A stretch of DNA of 63,361 nucleotides, the filler included. It is 12 parts of 12 records of this genome, joined end to end, with 100 filler letters (N's around TTAATTAATTAA, not from the genome) between each part and the next. Parts side by side here need not be neighbours in the genome. Positions count along the whole stretch, not along the records: positions 1 to 6,117 come from SRR7504441_16460; positions 6,218 to 10,167 come from SRR7504441_16463; positions 10,268 to 13,838 come from SRR7504441_16465; 9 more parts are not named here. The stretch is one strand, 5' to 3'. Shown here piece by piece: positions 1-12,472 of this stretch; position 1 is the first letter of the stretch, and each line of letters starts with the position of its first letter. A program made the position numbers and the translations under genes. The notes under the pieces were generated by a model, which was given only the letters and a program-made list of their open reading frames with translations, had not been told where the DNA came from and did no database searches.

Positions 1-2419
1 GATGCAAGAGGTGAGATCATAGTCACCTGTGGTAGTCACCTGTGGTATTCTGGCTGAACTTTGCACTTGTAATACCCGTAACAGCCCTAATTATGGTTGA
101 CGCATCTGCTTGCAGGCAAAGATGGAGCTGATTAGCACACGTGCAAAGCTGGAAGGCCATCGGGAAATGACAGCGTTGCTTTCACACAAGCTGCGATCAC
201 CTGTCGCAGTATTAGATTATAAGCTGCGCTATCTCACTGCAGATGCAGTGTTCGCTGAGCGCTTTGCTACAGATGCTGCCGAGATGAGGGAGTGCATTGG
301 AAATGTCGTCGAAATTTGCGAACAGCTCACCCACGAAGAACTCGGGGTCGCCGAGGGATCTGCATTTGCCGCAGCAAGACAGGCTGCGTCTGAGGATCGA
401 CATGCTAGGTTGCAAACCCCGCCCCACAGTGAATGTGAGGAAGGCCGCAAGGGGGTGTTGATGGTGCTGGTGGTGGACGACGTAGCTTCTCTTCGGAAGG
501 CTACGCGGCACCATTTGAGTAGCATGCTAGAGCAATGCGAGCGCCCTTTTAGAGTCAGTGATAAGACCTGTGAGATCCTGGAGGCAAGCACTGGCGAGCA
601 GTGTCTTGAAATGACCTCCAGGACCTGTTTTGATGTAATTCTGATGGACCAATACATGCATGGCGCTGGTGGCAAGCTTTTGGGCTCCGAGACTGTGCAT
701 CTCTTGCGACAACAGGGGTATTCTGGTTTGATCATTGGTTGTTCAGGGAACAACGAGTGCGCGCCTCTGTTTATTGAAGCCAAAGCCAATTTCTTTTGGG
801 GCAAGCCAATGCCTGACGATTCTCAAGTGATTAAGGTATTGGAGCAGGAATTGCGCACCATTAAACCTGAGGTTCAAGCAAGAGGCGCAAAAGGCACAGT
901 TTTGACTAACGGTCCATCTAGCCATGTGCGCTACCAGCAGTGGGCAAAACAAATTCTTCATGATTTGGGCACACCGCTTCAAACACTGCAGCTTGCATTT
1001 AGCCAGCGTGATCGACATGCCATGGAGCTCGCTATTCGGCACATTGTGTTTCTCCGCAACATGTTAACAGAGGAGGCCAAACTTCAGCATGGCGAGGTTC
1101 TGACGCCGCACAGACAATCATGTGACCTGTCCCAGCTAATTCAGGAACTTGTAGTGATGACAAATAGCCAGGTGTGTGCAGCAGATTTAGTGCTGAGAGT
1201 TGAGATTCCCGAAGGATTGCCGCCTATCATAACGGATTCTACTTGGTTGATGTCGATGGGGATAAATTACATTTCTAATGCGGTCAAGCATGCATCCGAA
1301 GCGGTTCGCCTGGTGGTCAAAGTGTCGACTTCGTGGCTTCGTGTGGAGGTCCACGACGATGGTCCAGGAGTGCCTCACTCATTTAAGGACAAGTTGTTTC
1401 AAGAGTATGAGTGCGAGCAAAGCTATAATGGCGGCCTTGGCTTAGGTCTAGTGAGTGTCAAGGCACAGGTTTCGGAGCTTGGTGGGCAATGCGGACACGA
1501 TGACAGCATTTTAGGTGGCGCCATGTTTTGGTTCGAAATCCCATACTGCCCAGACAATATGACGGACGCATGCGCAGTGGAGAACCTGTCTGGCTTAGCA
1601 ACGAGGGAATGCCTGCACGTTCTAGTGGTAGATGACAGCAAGGCTCTGCGAGAGTCACTCCAAGCTATGCTCGAGAGCCATGGGCATCACGTGGCTACTG
1701 CAATGAACGGGCGGCTTGCGCTCAAGCAGATTCAGGAAATGCATAGTAGCAAAGGGCTGACGTACTCAGTTGTGCTGTGCGATGTTCAAATGCCACATTT
1801 GGATGGCTTTCAGCTTGTTGCTGCATTGCGGAGATGGGAAGCAGAACTGCCTTTGGGAAACAAGCCCAAACAACCCGTGGTTCTCATGAGTGGGAATTGC
1901 TCAGATGCCGATATTCAGAAGGGCACGGCTGCTGGTGCCGATGGGTATGTTGGCAAGCCCATTGAGAGTAAGCAGCTGATCGAGGCAATCACCCATGTAT
2001 CGCATCATGCTGCAGCAGAAAGTCGCGACCAGGTTCTCGATAGAGAACATCAGACTGATCATGGAGCCACCACAAATGTGCATAAATTAGACGCCGCCAG
2101 TGCTGTAGTCGGCGCATTGCAGTCGATGTATGGAGCGGGCTGTGCTGAAATTGTAACCAGCGCATTGCAAGAAATCGAGTCTGACCTAGCAAGCCTTGAC
2201 AATCCTACTGCGGAGAGTGCTAAAGTTGCACATAAGATGAAAGGGGTTCTGGGAATGCTCTACTTGCACGAAGCATTCCAGGAAGCAAATGCACTAGAGA
2301 AGTTGCTCAAAGCCGGCTCCTTTACCAGCGCTCAAGAACACATAGCAAGTCTCCGTGAGTTGTTTAACTTGACTATTGCTGGTGAAATCTTACCTAATCC
2401 TGATGCGTTCCGGAATTGA
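1..2419 (+). CDS. Hybrid histidine kinase, 5'-partial (degenerate HisKA - REC - HisKA - HATPase - REC - HPt); intron 11-115
   Basis: REC motifs VLVVDD/ILMD and VLVVDD/VLCDVQMP; H-box LHDLGTPL; N-box NYISNAVKH; G-boxes DDGPG and GLGLGL; HPt AHKMKG. GT..AG intron at 11-115 precedes a 2.3-kb exon. Confidence 0.9.
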
Positions 2420-2547
2420 TGACGAATAATCAATTATGTTATTATCTGTACATGACATTTGTATGGCATTTGTGCTTACAAACCGGTTCATTTGGCTATT
2501 ACGGCGCCGTTCGTGATTCGGTTTCGCAAGTACTCGTGACGCGTACG

Positions 2548-2813
2548 ATGGCATCTGACCCCAAGCCCCCTCGCAATTCGGTGTGGGACTAGTATAGTGT
2601 GGGACGAGGACGATCTTTCGGTAGATTGCAACTAATTACTTCTCCGTATCCAAGGTCAATACTGCCGGCGGCATTGGCTATGAGCTCCGTATCGAAGCGA
2701 TCAAGGACCCCAAGGCATTCAAGAAGCGGGTGATGGAACAAGTCGAAGGGTCGCATTATCAAGGAGGGTCTACAGCTGTAAGTTACATCCCTACTAAGTA
2801 CTGTACACTATAA
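2548..2813 (+). pseudogene. Possible gene remnant with a bPH_2/DUF304-like C-terminal fragment
   Basis: Frame VNTAGGIGYELRIEAIKDPKAFKKRV; the upstream ATG frame is stopped inside a duplicated gtgtgggac. Confidence 0.25.
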
Positions 2814-2896
2814 AAGTACACAACTGTTATTTAGTTACCTATACTAGTCATTTAATGTTAGCACCAATTCCAAGTAAATTCCAAGCGTCTCTGACA

Positions 2897-4702
2897 TCAG
2901 AAGCAGCACGAGCAGCACTTGTGCCGCAGCGTGTTCACCTGCCCCTCAATCAGCCCACCCCCGGGCCGGGCAACTCTAAAGCAGCTCGCCTGGATCTCAA
3001 GACCGTACACGTCTGTTAGCGCTTGCATGAAGTGAGCATCCTCGGTCCCCGCCACCGTATACCTCGCCCCTCGATTAATTATTCCCTTATACGGCAGGTA
3101 CGACGCCTACAATTCCCTTATTAGGAACCCACCGGGTTTGCCCGCAGTGCATTCCAGTCCCATCGTGACTGAGCACCGCCTGATGATGGTACGCGTCCTC
3201 CAACGAGCTGTGCACCAGTCAGTTGCTTGCCTGACCCTCACCGCACCGGTGCAGCTGGTTGTTCATTTCTACAAAGAAAAGCTGGAGCGACGTTTCGCAT
3301 CCAGCCAGCTGCGGCCCCTTACAGCCTGCAAGCATACCCCGCACCGTGGCAGGGTCGTTTGCTGGGCCTGCTGAGCTCATGATTGCTAGAATGTCGCCAA
3401 AGTGCTTCAAGTCAGTGTCGGTTACCTGAGCCGAGTCTCACCAGCCTTGTGGGCGGGCCAGCCACCTTGAGCGCCTTGTGGTCCGAATGCAGCACGAACC
3501 TATTGTTGTGGATCCAAACGTCACACAAATCAGCTCGATACTGACCCCAAAAATCAGCCCGGCACGGCCCGAGCAGTGAGAGCCTCGAGCACCCTATCGC
3601 TGGTGCAGGCCAGGTACGCCGGATACACGTCCCTGTAGTTGACCAGCTCGTCGCAATTTGCAGCTGGCACGTGGAACAACGGATGCGGCCCCACCTAGCT
3701 AAACACTCACAGAACGGCTCAGGCCTCGTGCAAGATAATACGTGGTCCGCCTCGTTGACGGTCGGACGCGGGAATGTGTGTTGCATGAGTGCGCACGCGG
3801 CCTGCGCCCCGCGAGTGAGAGCTGCGGCCGGCCGAGCTGCAGCGGCCTGTATGCGGTCGCAGACCGGGCCGAGAGGTACCGGTGAGTAGAACATTACTCT
3901 CTTGCCCAGGTGCATCGCCTGTCTCGGCTCGGTTTGGTCTATAATTAGCACGGACCTTCCACAGTATGAACAGCTGCTCCCTGAAGTGCCCGACCAGCTG
4001 TGATATCGATCCAGCCGGAGCAGCCACTCGCGCGGCCGGCGGCATCTCCAGCGGCTCGAGCGGCGGCGCTCGCGGGACCAGCACGATCGGACAGTCGGGT
4101 CTACCGCCGTGTGAGGCCAGGTGCGCCGAGAGTCGCTTCAGCTGCTCCTCGCTCCCCGTGTGGTCACAGGCCTCAGCCTGTAGGAAGGCTCGATGCGCGT
4201 GCAGCCCCGTGAGCCCCTCGGCCAGGACAGCCACGGCCTGCATCGTCACCCCCCGGGCCTCGCTAGGCGCCCCGGCGCTGCCCCGGCAGGTCAGTCAGCG
4301 GACAGCGGTAAGCGCACCGGTGGAAGCAGGCCAGGCCGTAGTACTGCTGGTGGGCGAAGAGCACGTAGTCTTCCGACAAGTTGTGCAACCCCGAGGCGAT
4401 CGCCTTAAACTCCAGCCCGGCCAGCGCCCCCGCGGCTGGCGGGGCACTCCAATGTATCAAGTTGCCTGCCGCCAGTCTGGACGGCCTGCCATCGGCAAGG
4501 CACCGCAGGCGTTGTCAAACTTGGCTATCAAGATCGCGGCCAGCGGGGCGGGGCCCTCGGTCGAGTTGTCGCCGAGCAACTCGTGCTGGAGCTGCAGCTG
4601 GTGCTGGTACACCACCCGCCGCCCGTCCCGCAGCTCCACCCCCCCGTCCAGCAGCGGCTGGTCCGCTCGGTCCGCTGCACCCTTCTTCTTGCGCTTACCC
4701 AT
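2897..4702 (-). CDS. DENND11: DENND11/LCHN (Anr2-like) DENN-domain protein, about 10 introns
   Basis: Spliced product has AILIAKFDNACGNLIHW, GLEFKAIASGLH, YGLACF, LFILWK, KRVMFYSPVP, PLFHV, YLACTSDRVLE and a Cys-rich end (KCCSCCF*). Confidence 0.85.
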
Positions 4703-4832
4703 CCGTGGTCTGAGCCTGCCGCCGTGGAGGCTGCGCTGGCGCTATGTTGCCCAGCTGCAGGGCCGCTTTGTTCTGATTTTTCGGTTGATTTCGATTGAAG
4801 GACACGCTCCGCGTCGGGCAGCGGCGGCGGCA

Positions 4833-5511
4833 ATGGCAAAGCCGACGCTCACCCAGAAGGAGATGGACGTGCTGGAGGAGGTCGGCCCGCCCGCCCCGCC
4901 CCGCCCCGACCGGTCCGCAGGTCTTTAGCCTGTTCCAGCAGCCCGACGAGGACGGGGCCCCGGTGGTGCCTGTGGCCAGCCTGGGCGCCGCGCTCCGAGT
5001 GACCGGAGCCAACCCGACCGAGCAGCAGGTGGCCGCGCTGGTGGCCCGGGCCAACGGGTGCCTGCGGAGCGCCCAGGCTGGGGCTGAGCGGGGGCAGGGC
5101 GGAGGCGCTGGGTCGGGGGACGTTCATTAATGTTATGAAGGAACACATGCTCGAGGAGGCCGAGACCCCCGTGGAGGAGGCCGACCTACTGAGCGCGTTC
5201 CAGGCGCTCGACTGGCAGGACACCGGCTTGGTACGGGCCCGGGCAGTGTCCGTTGATTGTCCGTTGGCAGATCTCCAAGGAGCTGCTGCTGCACATTATG
5301 ACCAACGTCGGTGAGCCTCTGACGGACGAGGAGGCGCCGGCCGAGGCTGGGCCGGGGGCTGAGTGCGGGGGCAGTTTTCCAAGCTGATCGAGGTGCATGC
5401 GGAGGGGCTAGTCTCGGACGATGGCCAGATTGCCTATGATGTGAGCCAGGCCTGAGCATAGTAGGGTGACCGGGTTCGTAGGAATTTGCAAAAGTTCTCG
5501 GGGCCCGCTGA
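4833..5511 (+). CDS. Calmodulin/myosin-light-chain-like EF-hand protein; introns 4881-4920, 5058-5097, 5231-5270, 5334-5374 (GC-AG), 5441-5481
   Basis: Spliced: EVFSLF..LGAALRVTGANPTEQQV..AFQALDWQDTGLIS..IMTNVGEPLTDEE..DDGQIAYDEF. Confidence 0.85.
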
Positions 5512-5853
5512 GCTGCAGTCCTGACCCAGAGCCGAACGAGCTTGTGAGAGATTTATTTATTTACGTCGAGGGCATTAGCTGCCCCACATAACAGGCTGAC
5601 CGCCGGGCTAGTCACGTTACTGGTTGACTCCCGGCCAGTGCGCTGGCCCGTATACATCCTGGGCTAAGCTGCAGAGACGTAATTGATATATCAAACTGAC
5701 AAGGGTCGTTTTTGAATACAGATTTTTATTCATATACCGATATGTGTAGGCTCAGCCGACGAGTCCCGATCCTGCTCTACTCGTAAGTACATGTCACTGA
5801 GCCATGATCGCGGCAAAGAGGCCGCTCCAATCGAGAGTAAACCCAAAGCGCCT

Positions 5854-6117
5854 CTAAGGCATGTGCGGCTTGGCCACGTCGAAGAAGATCTTGGCTCCAC
5901 CGTTGAAGATCTTGACTCCCTTGCTCAGCATCGAGGCGAGCGAGGGCGCCGCGGTCTGCACCTTCTTCTGGCCTTTACCCAGCACGTGCCAGATAAAGCT
6001 CTTGATTGGGCCCGGCGCGACCTTCACCTTCGTGTGCGGCGTCTGAGCCAACGGAACCTTCTCCGCCACCGGCTTCTGAGCCACCGGCTTGGGCTCCGCC
6101 TTGGGCACTGCCTTGGG
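5854..6117 (-). CDS. Hypothetical protein, C-terminal fragment (Lys/Pro-rich)
   Basis: Open frame from the contig edge with GC-ending codon bias. Confidence 0.5.
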   Translation of the reverse strand, partial: PKAVPKAEPKPVAQKPVAEKVPLAQTPHTKVKVAPGPIKSFIWHVLGKGQKKVQTAAPSLASMLSKGVKIFNGGAKIFFDVAKPHMP

Positions 6118-6217
6118 NNNNNNNNNNNNNNNNNNNNNNNNNNNNNNNNNNNNNNNNNNNNTTAATTAATTAANNNNNNNNNNNNNNNNNNNNNNNNNNN
6201 NNNNNNNNNNNNNNNNN
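6118..6217. other. Artificial contig linker
   Basis: N44-TTAATTAATTAA-N44; stops in all six frames. Confidence 0.99.
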
Positions 6218-6383
6218 AACTCGACGTGGCGTAGCGCCTCTGTACCGCCTCCTACTCTAATCCTGTATTACTTGATGAAGCTTGGGAGTAAGGTAAGTTG
6301 GGATTAAGCGAACTTATCAAGAGACATCGTTGCGCCCTCCACCAAACCTCGCAGAGCTAAACAATCCGTGCATTGCTCACCAG

Positions 6384-9300
6384 CTAGTCGCGCTCCTCAT
6401 CAAAGGATGCTGCCACCAAATTCGACTCACACCACATGAAGACCTATACTAAAGCACACCTGGAGCAAAGAGGATCCCGTCAGCTGAGTAAAACTTGGAC
6501 TGGAACTCGACCCATTGCAGACGGAGCGCATGCAGGAAAGCCGATAGCGTTTCCATCACCTAGACTCAGCCTCAGGCTCGGCTCACGGGTTGCACTGACC
6601 ATCAGAACTCCGACGGTTGCCGCCAGCCACACAAAGAAGCACGCGACCAGCATCGGGACTGACGAGTTCATCCCGACTCCAAACTTCTGCCCGTTGAGAA
6701 TGTAATTCCAAAACACCTGCTCAAGTGTCAGTTCCGGATGCGAGTCGGGTGCACCTCCGACAACTGAGAGTGTGCCAGAGAGAGCGCCCATAGCCGAAGG
6801 TACGAGGCCGTATTGGATATGCAGCCCAGTACATACTCTATCGTGTGGATGGTTTGATTGATCATGATCTCCGTAAAGTCGAATAACGGCTTGCTCTGCT
6901 CCTCCGATTCGAGCATTGCGTCCTCTTCCAGCTGCTGATACGGCACATCCCCGTGCCCGTCGCGCGTAATGCCCCGTGACGCCCCGTCGTTCTCTGCTTT
7001 GAGCGCGTACGGCTTGCCAAGCAGCAACCACGGCACGCAGACCTGCCCGGCGCTGGTCAGTTCCGTCCGCTGGCGGGCCTAGGACCACACAGACGAGCAG
7101 GAGCAGCCTCTGGAGCCATGTCTGGCCAGCACAGGTGCCACTCGGGCCGTACTCGCAAGTCGAGGCAAACAGCAGCACATTCTGGTGGAGCACCTGCCTC
7201 TGCACTCAGCCCGCAGATGCAGCGGGCAGAACGGACCGGTTTGGCCATCGCGAAGTCTATCAGGGTGTTGATGATCTGGGGCGGGCCTCGAGGCCACACG
7301 ACCCTGCCTTCGCTCGCCATGTTCCAATTGGTTGACCACTTGCAGAATATCAGGATCACAAGGTAACCAAAGCTGCACATAAACAAGAGCAATTCCGGCA
7401 CGCTCTCATGGAGCAGCACGATCGCAGCGTGCCGGCGCTTGGCCGGGCTCGGCTGGTTGGCTGGCTTTTGCCAGAAGATTTGGTTGACAGCCTTGAGGCA
7501 AACTCCGAGAGTCATCTGGCTCACTCCGAGGATGATAGACATTTTCATTTTGAGAGAGTTCGTGAACTTAATGCTGTTGCCCGACCAGCGCCAGGCAGGG
7601 TCGAGCCCGAATGGATATGGATTGCCGTCGTGGCCGATCAGGGTATATACTGATGGGTCCGGTTGCTCGAGACCTGCAGATTCTGGCCACGCAGATCCCC
7701 AGATATCGATTGGCACTGACGCGAGTTCGTTGTATATGAAGCCCATGTAGATGCTCATGATTGCCATCAGAAGGATCAGGTACCGGCCCTGGAACGGCAT
7801 TTTGAATAGCTCGTTGTCGATCTTGGCCAGCGTGTCCTCGTAGATAATACAAAACAAAGCGAATATGAGCAGAAAAGTGCCGTGCAGAATATCCCCAAAC
7901 ATCACCCCAAAAAGGAACGGGAAGAAGACAATCGCAAACAGTCCGGGGTTAAGCTCCTGGTACCGAGCCACGCCATATGCATTCACGATCCCTTGGAACG
8001 CAGCGGTCGCCTTGTCTGTCGGAAAGAAGGTCGGTATCGTGGTCGAGCTCCCAATCGGCTCCTCCATCATGTGCTTACCGTCCACACCCAACCCGAATGC
8101 GCCGGCAATCTGCTCCTCGCGCGCCGCGGGCAGCCAGGCGTGCACGGCCATGTACTGCCCGGTGGTGGCGCCCGAGCTGGATCCGACCACTCTAAACTTG
8201 TTCAAGTGATGGTACAGTATCGAACTCCGGCTAATCGTCTCCTTCCATCGGTCGGCCGAGTGCACAATCTGCCAGAACGCTTCCTGGTTCTGCAGTTCTG
8301 TCATCCGCACCACTTCTAGATCACGTTCCATGTCAACCTGGCGCAGCCCTTTCCGGACAATCATCTCCGAGGCCTCCTCCGCTGTCATCCGAGGGCACTC
8401 GTACACGCAGCAGTTGAACGCGTGGCAGATGTTGGTCACCTTCTTCAGAATCTCCTGGGCCGTCACGAAAATGATGAACACGCACTTGTACACCGGCTCG
8501 TTCGTTGCATAGTCTATCAACTTCTCCTCAATTGGCAGCGTCTTGGTCACCACATTTGACCGGCACGCGCGGAACAGCACTTGCTTGAAGCGCTCGACCC
8601 GGTCCGTGTTGATCACGCCAGTCAGGTGGAGTACCATGCTCGCGCCGAGCAATCCAGTCTCGAGCATCTCGTCAGAGTCGAGCGGATTGGGCTGGCCGTA
8701 CTCCTGCAGCTGCATCGACGCCCCCCCGAGCGACATGCTCGACTCAACAGGCGAGGCCATCGAGGCGAGCACTTTGGAGGCCAGTTGGAGCACATGCCTG
8801 CGCCCGGCTCAGCCAGGCCGGCAGGTGGGCAGGCACCGGTGCTCCTTCTTCCTGTTCAACCGCTGATTCGCCTCGGTGATCAAAAAGGAATTTTGGGAGA
8901 CGGTGCGCTCCAGCTCCACCAGCCGGTCGAGCAGCGCCTGGACCGGCTCAGCCGCCGGGGCCCGGGCTGGGCACCTCGATGCTGATCTGCTCCGTAGGAA
9001 GCCCAGCCTTGTTGCCAGTGAAAATGGACCGGCCACGGTCGCCCGTGCTGTCCGAGTCCACGAAACTGTTCACCTCGCCCATCAAGTACCTGCCCCCTCC
9101 GCTCGGCCCGCCCCGCCCGGCCGCCCGGCACCGGAGTACCCGATCGCACTCGGCGCACTGAAAAACAGCCGACCTGCCGCCGCGCTCGGGCGGTCGGACA
9201 CCCGGCGGCCCACCTGAAGCGGCGGGCCTCGCTGGTCGGGTTGGCATTGTCGTCGACGAACATCACCTACAACGGCTCAGCCGGTCGATGGGCCCGGCGC

Positions 9301-9590
9301 ACCGAGTTAGTGCCAATCAACCGGGAAACCGCGTCGGCCGCTGCGTTCGGATCCTGGCGGCGGGTGAGCGGGGCAGGGCAGGGCGGGCGGGCACCGTCGA
9401 TACCGTGATGCGCACGAATCGCATCGGCTGCGAGCTGGCGCCGGGTGAGCGGTGGGGCCCGGGCGGCGGGGCACCGGAGCAAGTCGCCCGCGAGGCCTGT
9501 AGGCATGTCCCACTGCACCTGCGGCAGGGCTAAGCGGCGGCCAGGGGGGAAGGCTGCCTCCCGCGGGGCCGCGGGGGGTATGGTGGCCAT
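6384..9590 (-). CDS. V-type H+-ATPase V0 subunit a (Vph1/ATP6V0A family), more than 10 short introns
   Basis: [101 protein letters not shown]. Confidence 0.97.
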
Positions 9591-9867
9591 GCTCCCGTAC
9601 GTGATTGCTCCTCGCCCCCTTGGCAGGTCCCTCGCCGCTTGCACGGTGCTGCTGGACCCAGAACGCAGGAGCGATCCCACGTTCCTGATCTCAACGATAA
9701 ATCCAACGTATTCATGAACTGCAGTGACTGCATACGTTCTGTAGATCTACTTGGCGTACTCGCGTACTTGGAACCATCTTAACTTGTCATTCACATCGTC
9801 GACGATCCGGCAGCAATTCAGTTTTCCAATTAGTCATTACAGAATTGTGCACAATCCTTTATTCACT

Positions 9868-10167
9868 TTACAAATCCTTGAGGGTCACTTTCAGTTCTTC
9901 CACACCTGCGGCACAAACCGCCCACACTTTCTTAGCTCCGTTTAGCGGAAAGCGCGTTTGGTTATGCGATGTCCCATTCGGCAGCTTCACAATCGCGGAC
10001 TGCCAGCCACTGCACATATCCGCTGGGGTGCTTTCTAGCGTCATCAGCAGCTGTAGCCCGCGCTGCAGATCTGCCGTCAGAGTGGCGTTGCTGCCACTTA
10101 CGGCCACCGACTGGGCTCGAGTATGCATCGCCCACGTGACGTTGTCAGCGCTGTTGGAGATGGAATC
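9868..10167 (-). CDS. C-terminal fragment, possibly heparinase II/III-like
   Basis: Open from contig edge; NVTWAMHTRA motif. Confidence 0.35.
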   Translation of the reverse strand, partial: DSISNSADNVTWAMHTRAQSVAVSGSNATLTADLQRGLQLLMTLESTPADMCSGWQSAIVKLPNGTSHNQTRFPLNGAKKVWAVCAAGVEELKVTLKDL

Positions 10168-10267
10168 NNNNNNNNNNNNNNNNNNNNNNNNNNNNNNNNN
10201 NNNNNNNNNNNTTAATTAATTAANNNNNNNNNNNNNNNNNNNNNNNNNNNNNNNNNNNNNNNNNNNN
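10168..10267. other. Artificial contig linker
   Basis: N44-TTAATTAATTAA-N44. Confidence 0.99.
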
Positions 10268-11302
10268 CGGGGCATTCGCAGTGTCAATCAGTTCCAGGAG
10301 TTCACTGGCGAGAGCGATCATCGCGCGCTCCGCTCTCATCTTCTCCGGGGATATGTTCTGACCCACCCCGAGCATTCCGGTGATGTTCCCATTCATGTCT
10401 CGGCGGGTGGTCGTATTCAGCGACAGATCCTGGTGAGCGCCCGATTTGGTCATGATTTGAAAGTCATAACTCGACGCTTGGTAGGCGCCGGTCACTGCTG
10501 CGTTGAGAGTGGCTTTCACGCGTTCCCGATCGTCTTCTACAATGTAACAGTCCACGATGGGCTTACCCATCACCTCGGCCTTCTTGAACCCCCAGATCTC
10601 CTCCGCCTTCTGATTCCACTCGTTGATCCGCAATGAGACATCTAGTCCGAATATCGGAGCATTGGCTGTGTCTATCAAGGTGAGCAGCTCGGCAATGCTG
10701 TAGCTATGGGCCTCATCATACGAGCTGTCAGACCTATTATCGTCACTCGGGTCCGCGCCCAGGCTGGTCCCGCGCAGCGCGTCCATGCTCAATTGCTTGA
10801 TCATCCCCGGCTTGTCCCCCGGGCCGCACCGCTCCCCCGGAGGCGTTCCGCTCATTGTCTGGAGCATCGCACCAGCGCAGCAGATCCGCTGGCAGCGCTC
10901 GGCGAACTGGCAGTCCTCCGGGAAGACCCACTTCATCAGCGCGTCGGGCTCGGACCGCTTCGCAAGGTCGCCGAGTCTCTGGCCATCGAGCATCACTTCA
11001 CAAAGGGCTTGCTTGGCCCGCGACCGGAGCACCGGCAGCACCAGGCTGGCGCTCGCCGGGCTCCACTCGAACAGGGCCACCAGCGCCGAGTTGTGCTGGG
11101 CCACGGCCACCAGCGCCACCCGGTCAGAGTCGGCGGTGCCGAATGCCACCGCAGTCCGGTCCTGCGTGAGGCTGGCTAGGTGCTCGGCCAGCTCGGCTTC
11201 AGGGAGAACCCGGAGCGCCAGCTCGCCGAACTCCTGGGAAGACAGCTTGAAACCGCCGTCCGCGGTCGGGTGGACCTCGGCGTGGGTGAGATCTGTCTCC
11301 AT
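10268..11302 (-). CDS. Multi-PAS sensor protein, 3'-partial
   Basis: LIDTANAPIFG..INEWNQKAEEIWGF..EVMG..RRDMNGNITGMLGVGQ; a second LIDTANAP repeat starts at the contig edge. Confidence 0.85.
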
Positions 11303-11567
11303 CCGCCGCGCGGCGGGCCTCCGCGCCTGAGGAGAGCTTGTGGGCGTGGATCTTGACCCCGCAGCTGAGTTCAAGATGCCACCGCAGCTGAGTTCGTGAG
11401 GGACTCCCTTAATCAAGTCAATTCCGGAAAAAAAAATCCAGCTTGACCAGTTGGAATCACGTTTTGTTCAGCGTCGCTACGTTCCGCTCAGGAGAATGAT
11501 TTATTAAAAAAGCCAAGTAACCAAACCCGCGAGTAACTGCGCGAGCTGGTGCCCATTGATTGTGCGG

Positions 11568-12458
11568 CTATCCGTCATCCTCTCCAAGCCCTCTCCTAAG
11601 CTTGGCCAACCCCTCGATGACACCGTCAGCGTACGCACCGACCGCTAGCCAGTGCTCGTCCGGCCGCGCGCACGCCTCCCGCGCCTGCAGCAGCCCGGCG
11701 CTGGCGTTGGCCACGCAAATCATGGGCAGCCCTATCTCGAGCATCGAGATATCTCCTAGCGTATCCCCAGCACACAAGCACCGCTCGGCCGGAATCTGAC
11801 ATCGATCTCGAATATACTCCACCGCCCGGCCCTTGGAACAGATCGACGGAAGCACCGTCACCAGCTGCGGCGGCGGGGCCTCGCCCCACGCGGGCATCAC
11901 CGTCACCGTCGCCCCGGCCCCGAGCTCGGTTCTGAGCAGCGCGGCCACCTCCTGAGCATGGGCCGGGTCCGTGACAGTTATAGCCACCCGAGCCTCGCCG
12001 TCCGGCGGAGAGTTACACGGGTCGTTCAGCCCGGAGATCCGGCCCTCGTCGTGCTCCGCGCACAGCCGCCGCGCCCGCGCCCCCAGCCCCGACTCGTCCC
12101 AGTGCGCGCTTACCGCCCCGGCCCATGCCACGTCCAGCTCCATCTTTCCGTCAGCGGCCCGCCACCGGATCTCGGTGCCCTCCCCGGTTACCAGCACCTC
12201 CGGGTTGGCCAGCCCCTCGCGATCGCTCAGCTGCCAGTATTGACGGACGCAGCGGGCCGTATTGTAGCAGAGGAGCGACTGGCAGCTCTCCTCCTGGTCG
12301 GACCAGCGGCTGGCGAACCGTTGCAGGGCCGGCTTGTCCCCGCAGAGCGTCCCGTCCAGGTCGGTGAACAAGGCCACCCCCCGCCTCCAGCGCTGGTTGT
12401 CGTGGCAGGCGCACCAGCCCGCCGCCACAGCCCCCGCCACCGCCCCCCGGGCCAGCAT
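11568..12458 (-). CDS. HAD-IIB sucrose-phosphate-phosphatase-like hydrolase, intronless
   Basis: DLDGTL, YNTAR, SKGRA, AGDTLGD, VANA, YADGVIEGL. Confidence 0.88.
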   Translation of the reverse strand: MLARGAVAGAVAAGWCACHDNQRWRRGVALFTDLDGTLCGDKPALQRFASRWSDQEESCQSLLCYNTARCVRQYWQLSDREGLANPEVLVTGEGTEIRWRAADGKMELDVAWAGAVSAHWDESGLGARARRLCAEHDEGRISGLNDPCNSPPDGEARVAITVTDPAHAQEVAALLRTELGAGATVTVMPAWGEAPPPQLVTVLPSICSKGRAVEYIRDRCQIPAERCLCAGDTLGDISMLEIGLPMICVANASAGLLQAREACARPDEHWLAVGAYADGVIEGLAKLRRGLGEDDG

Positions 12459-12472
12459 TCAGCAGTTCTTCA

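Noticed and set aside
5393-5428. Apparent 36-nt GT-AG intron in the calmodulin-like gene
   Set aside because: It encodes the EF-hand loop DDGQ and so is coding
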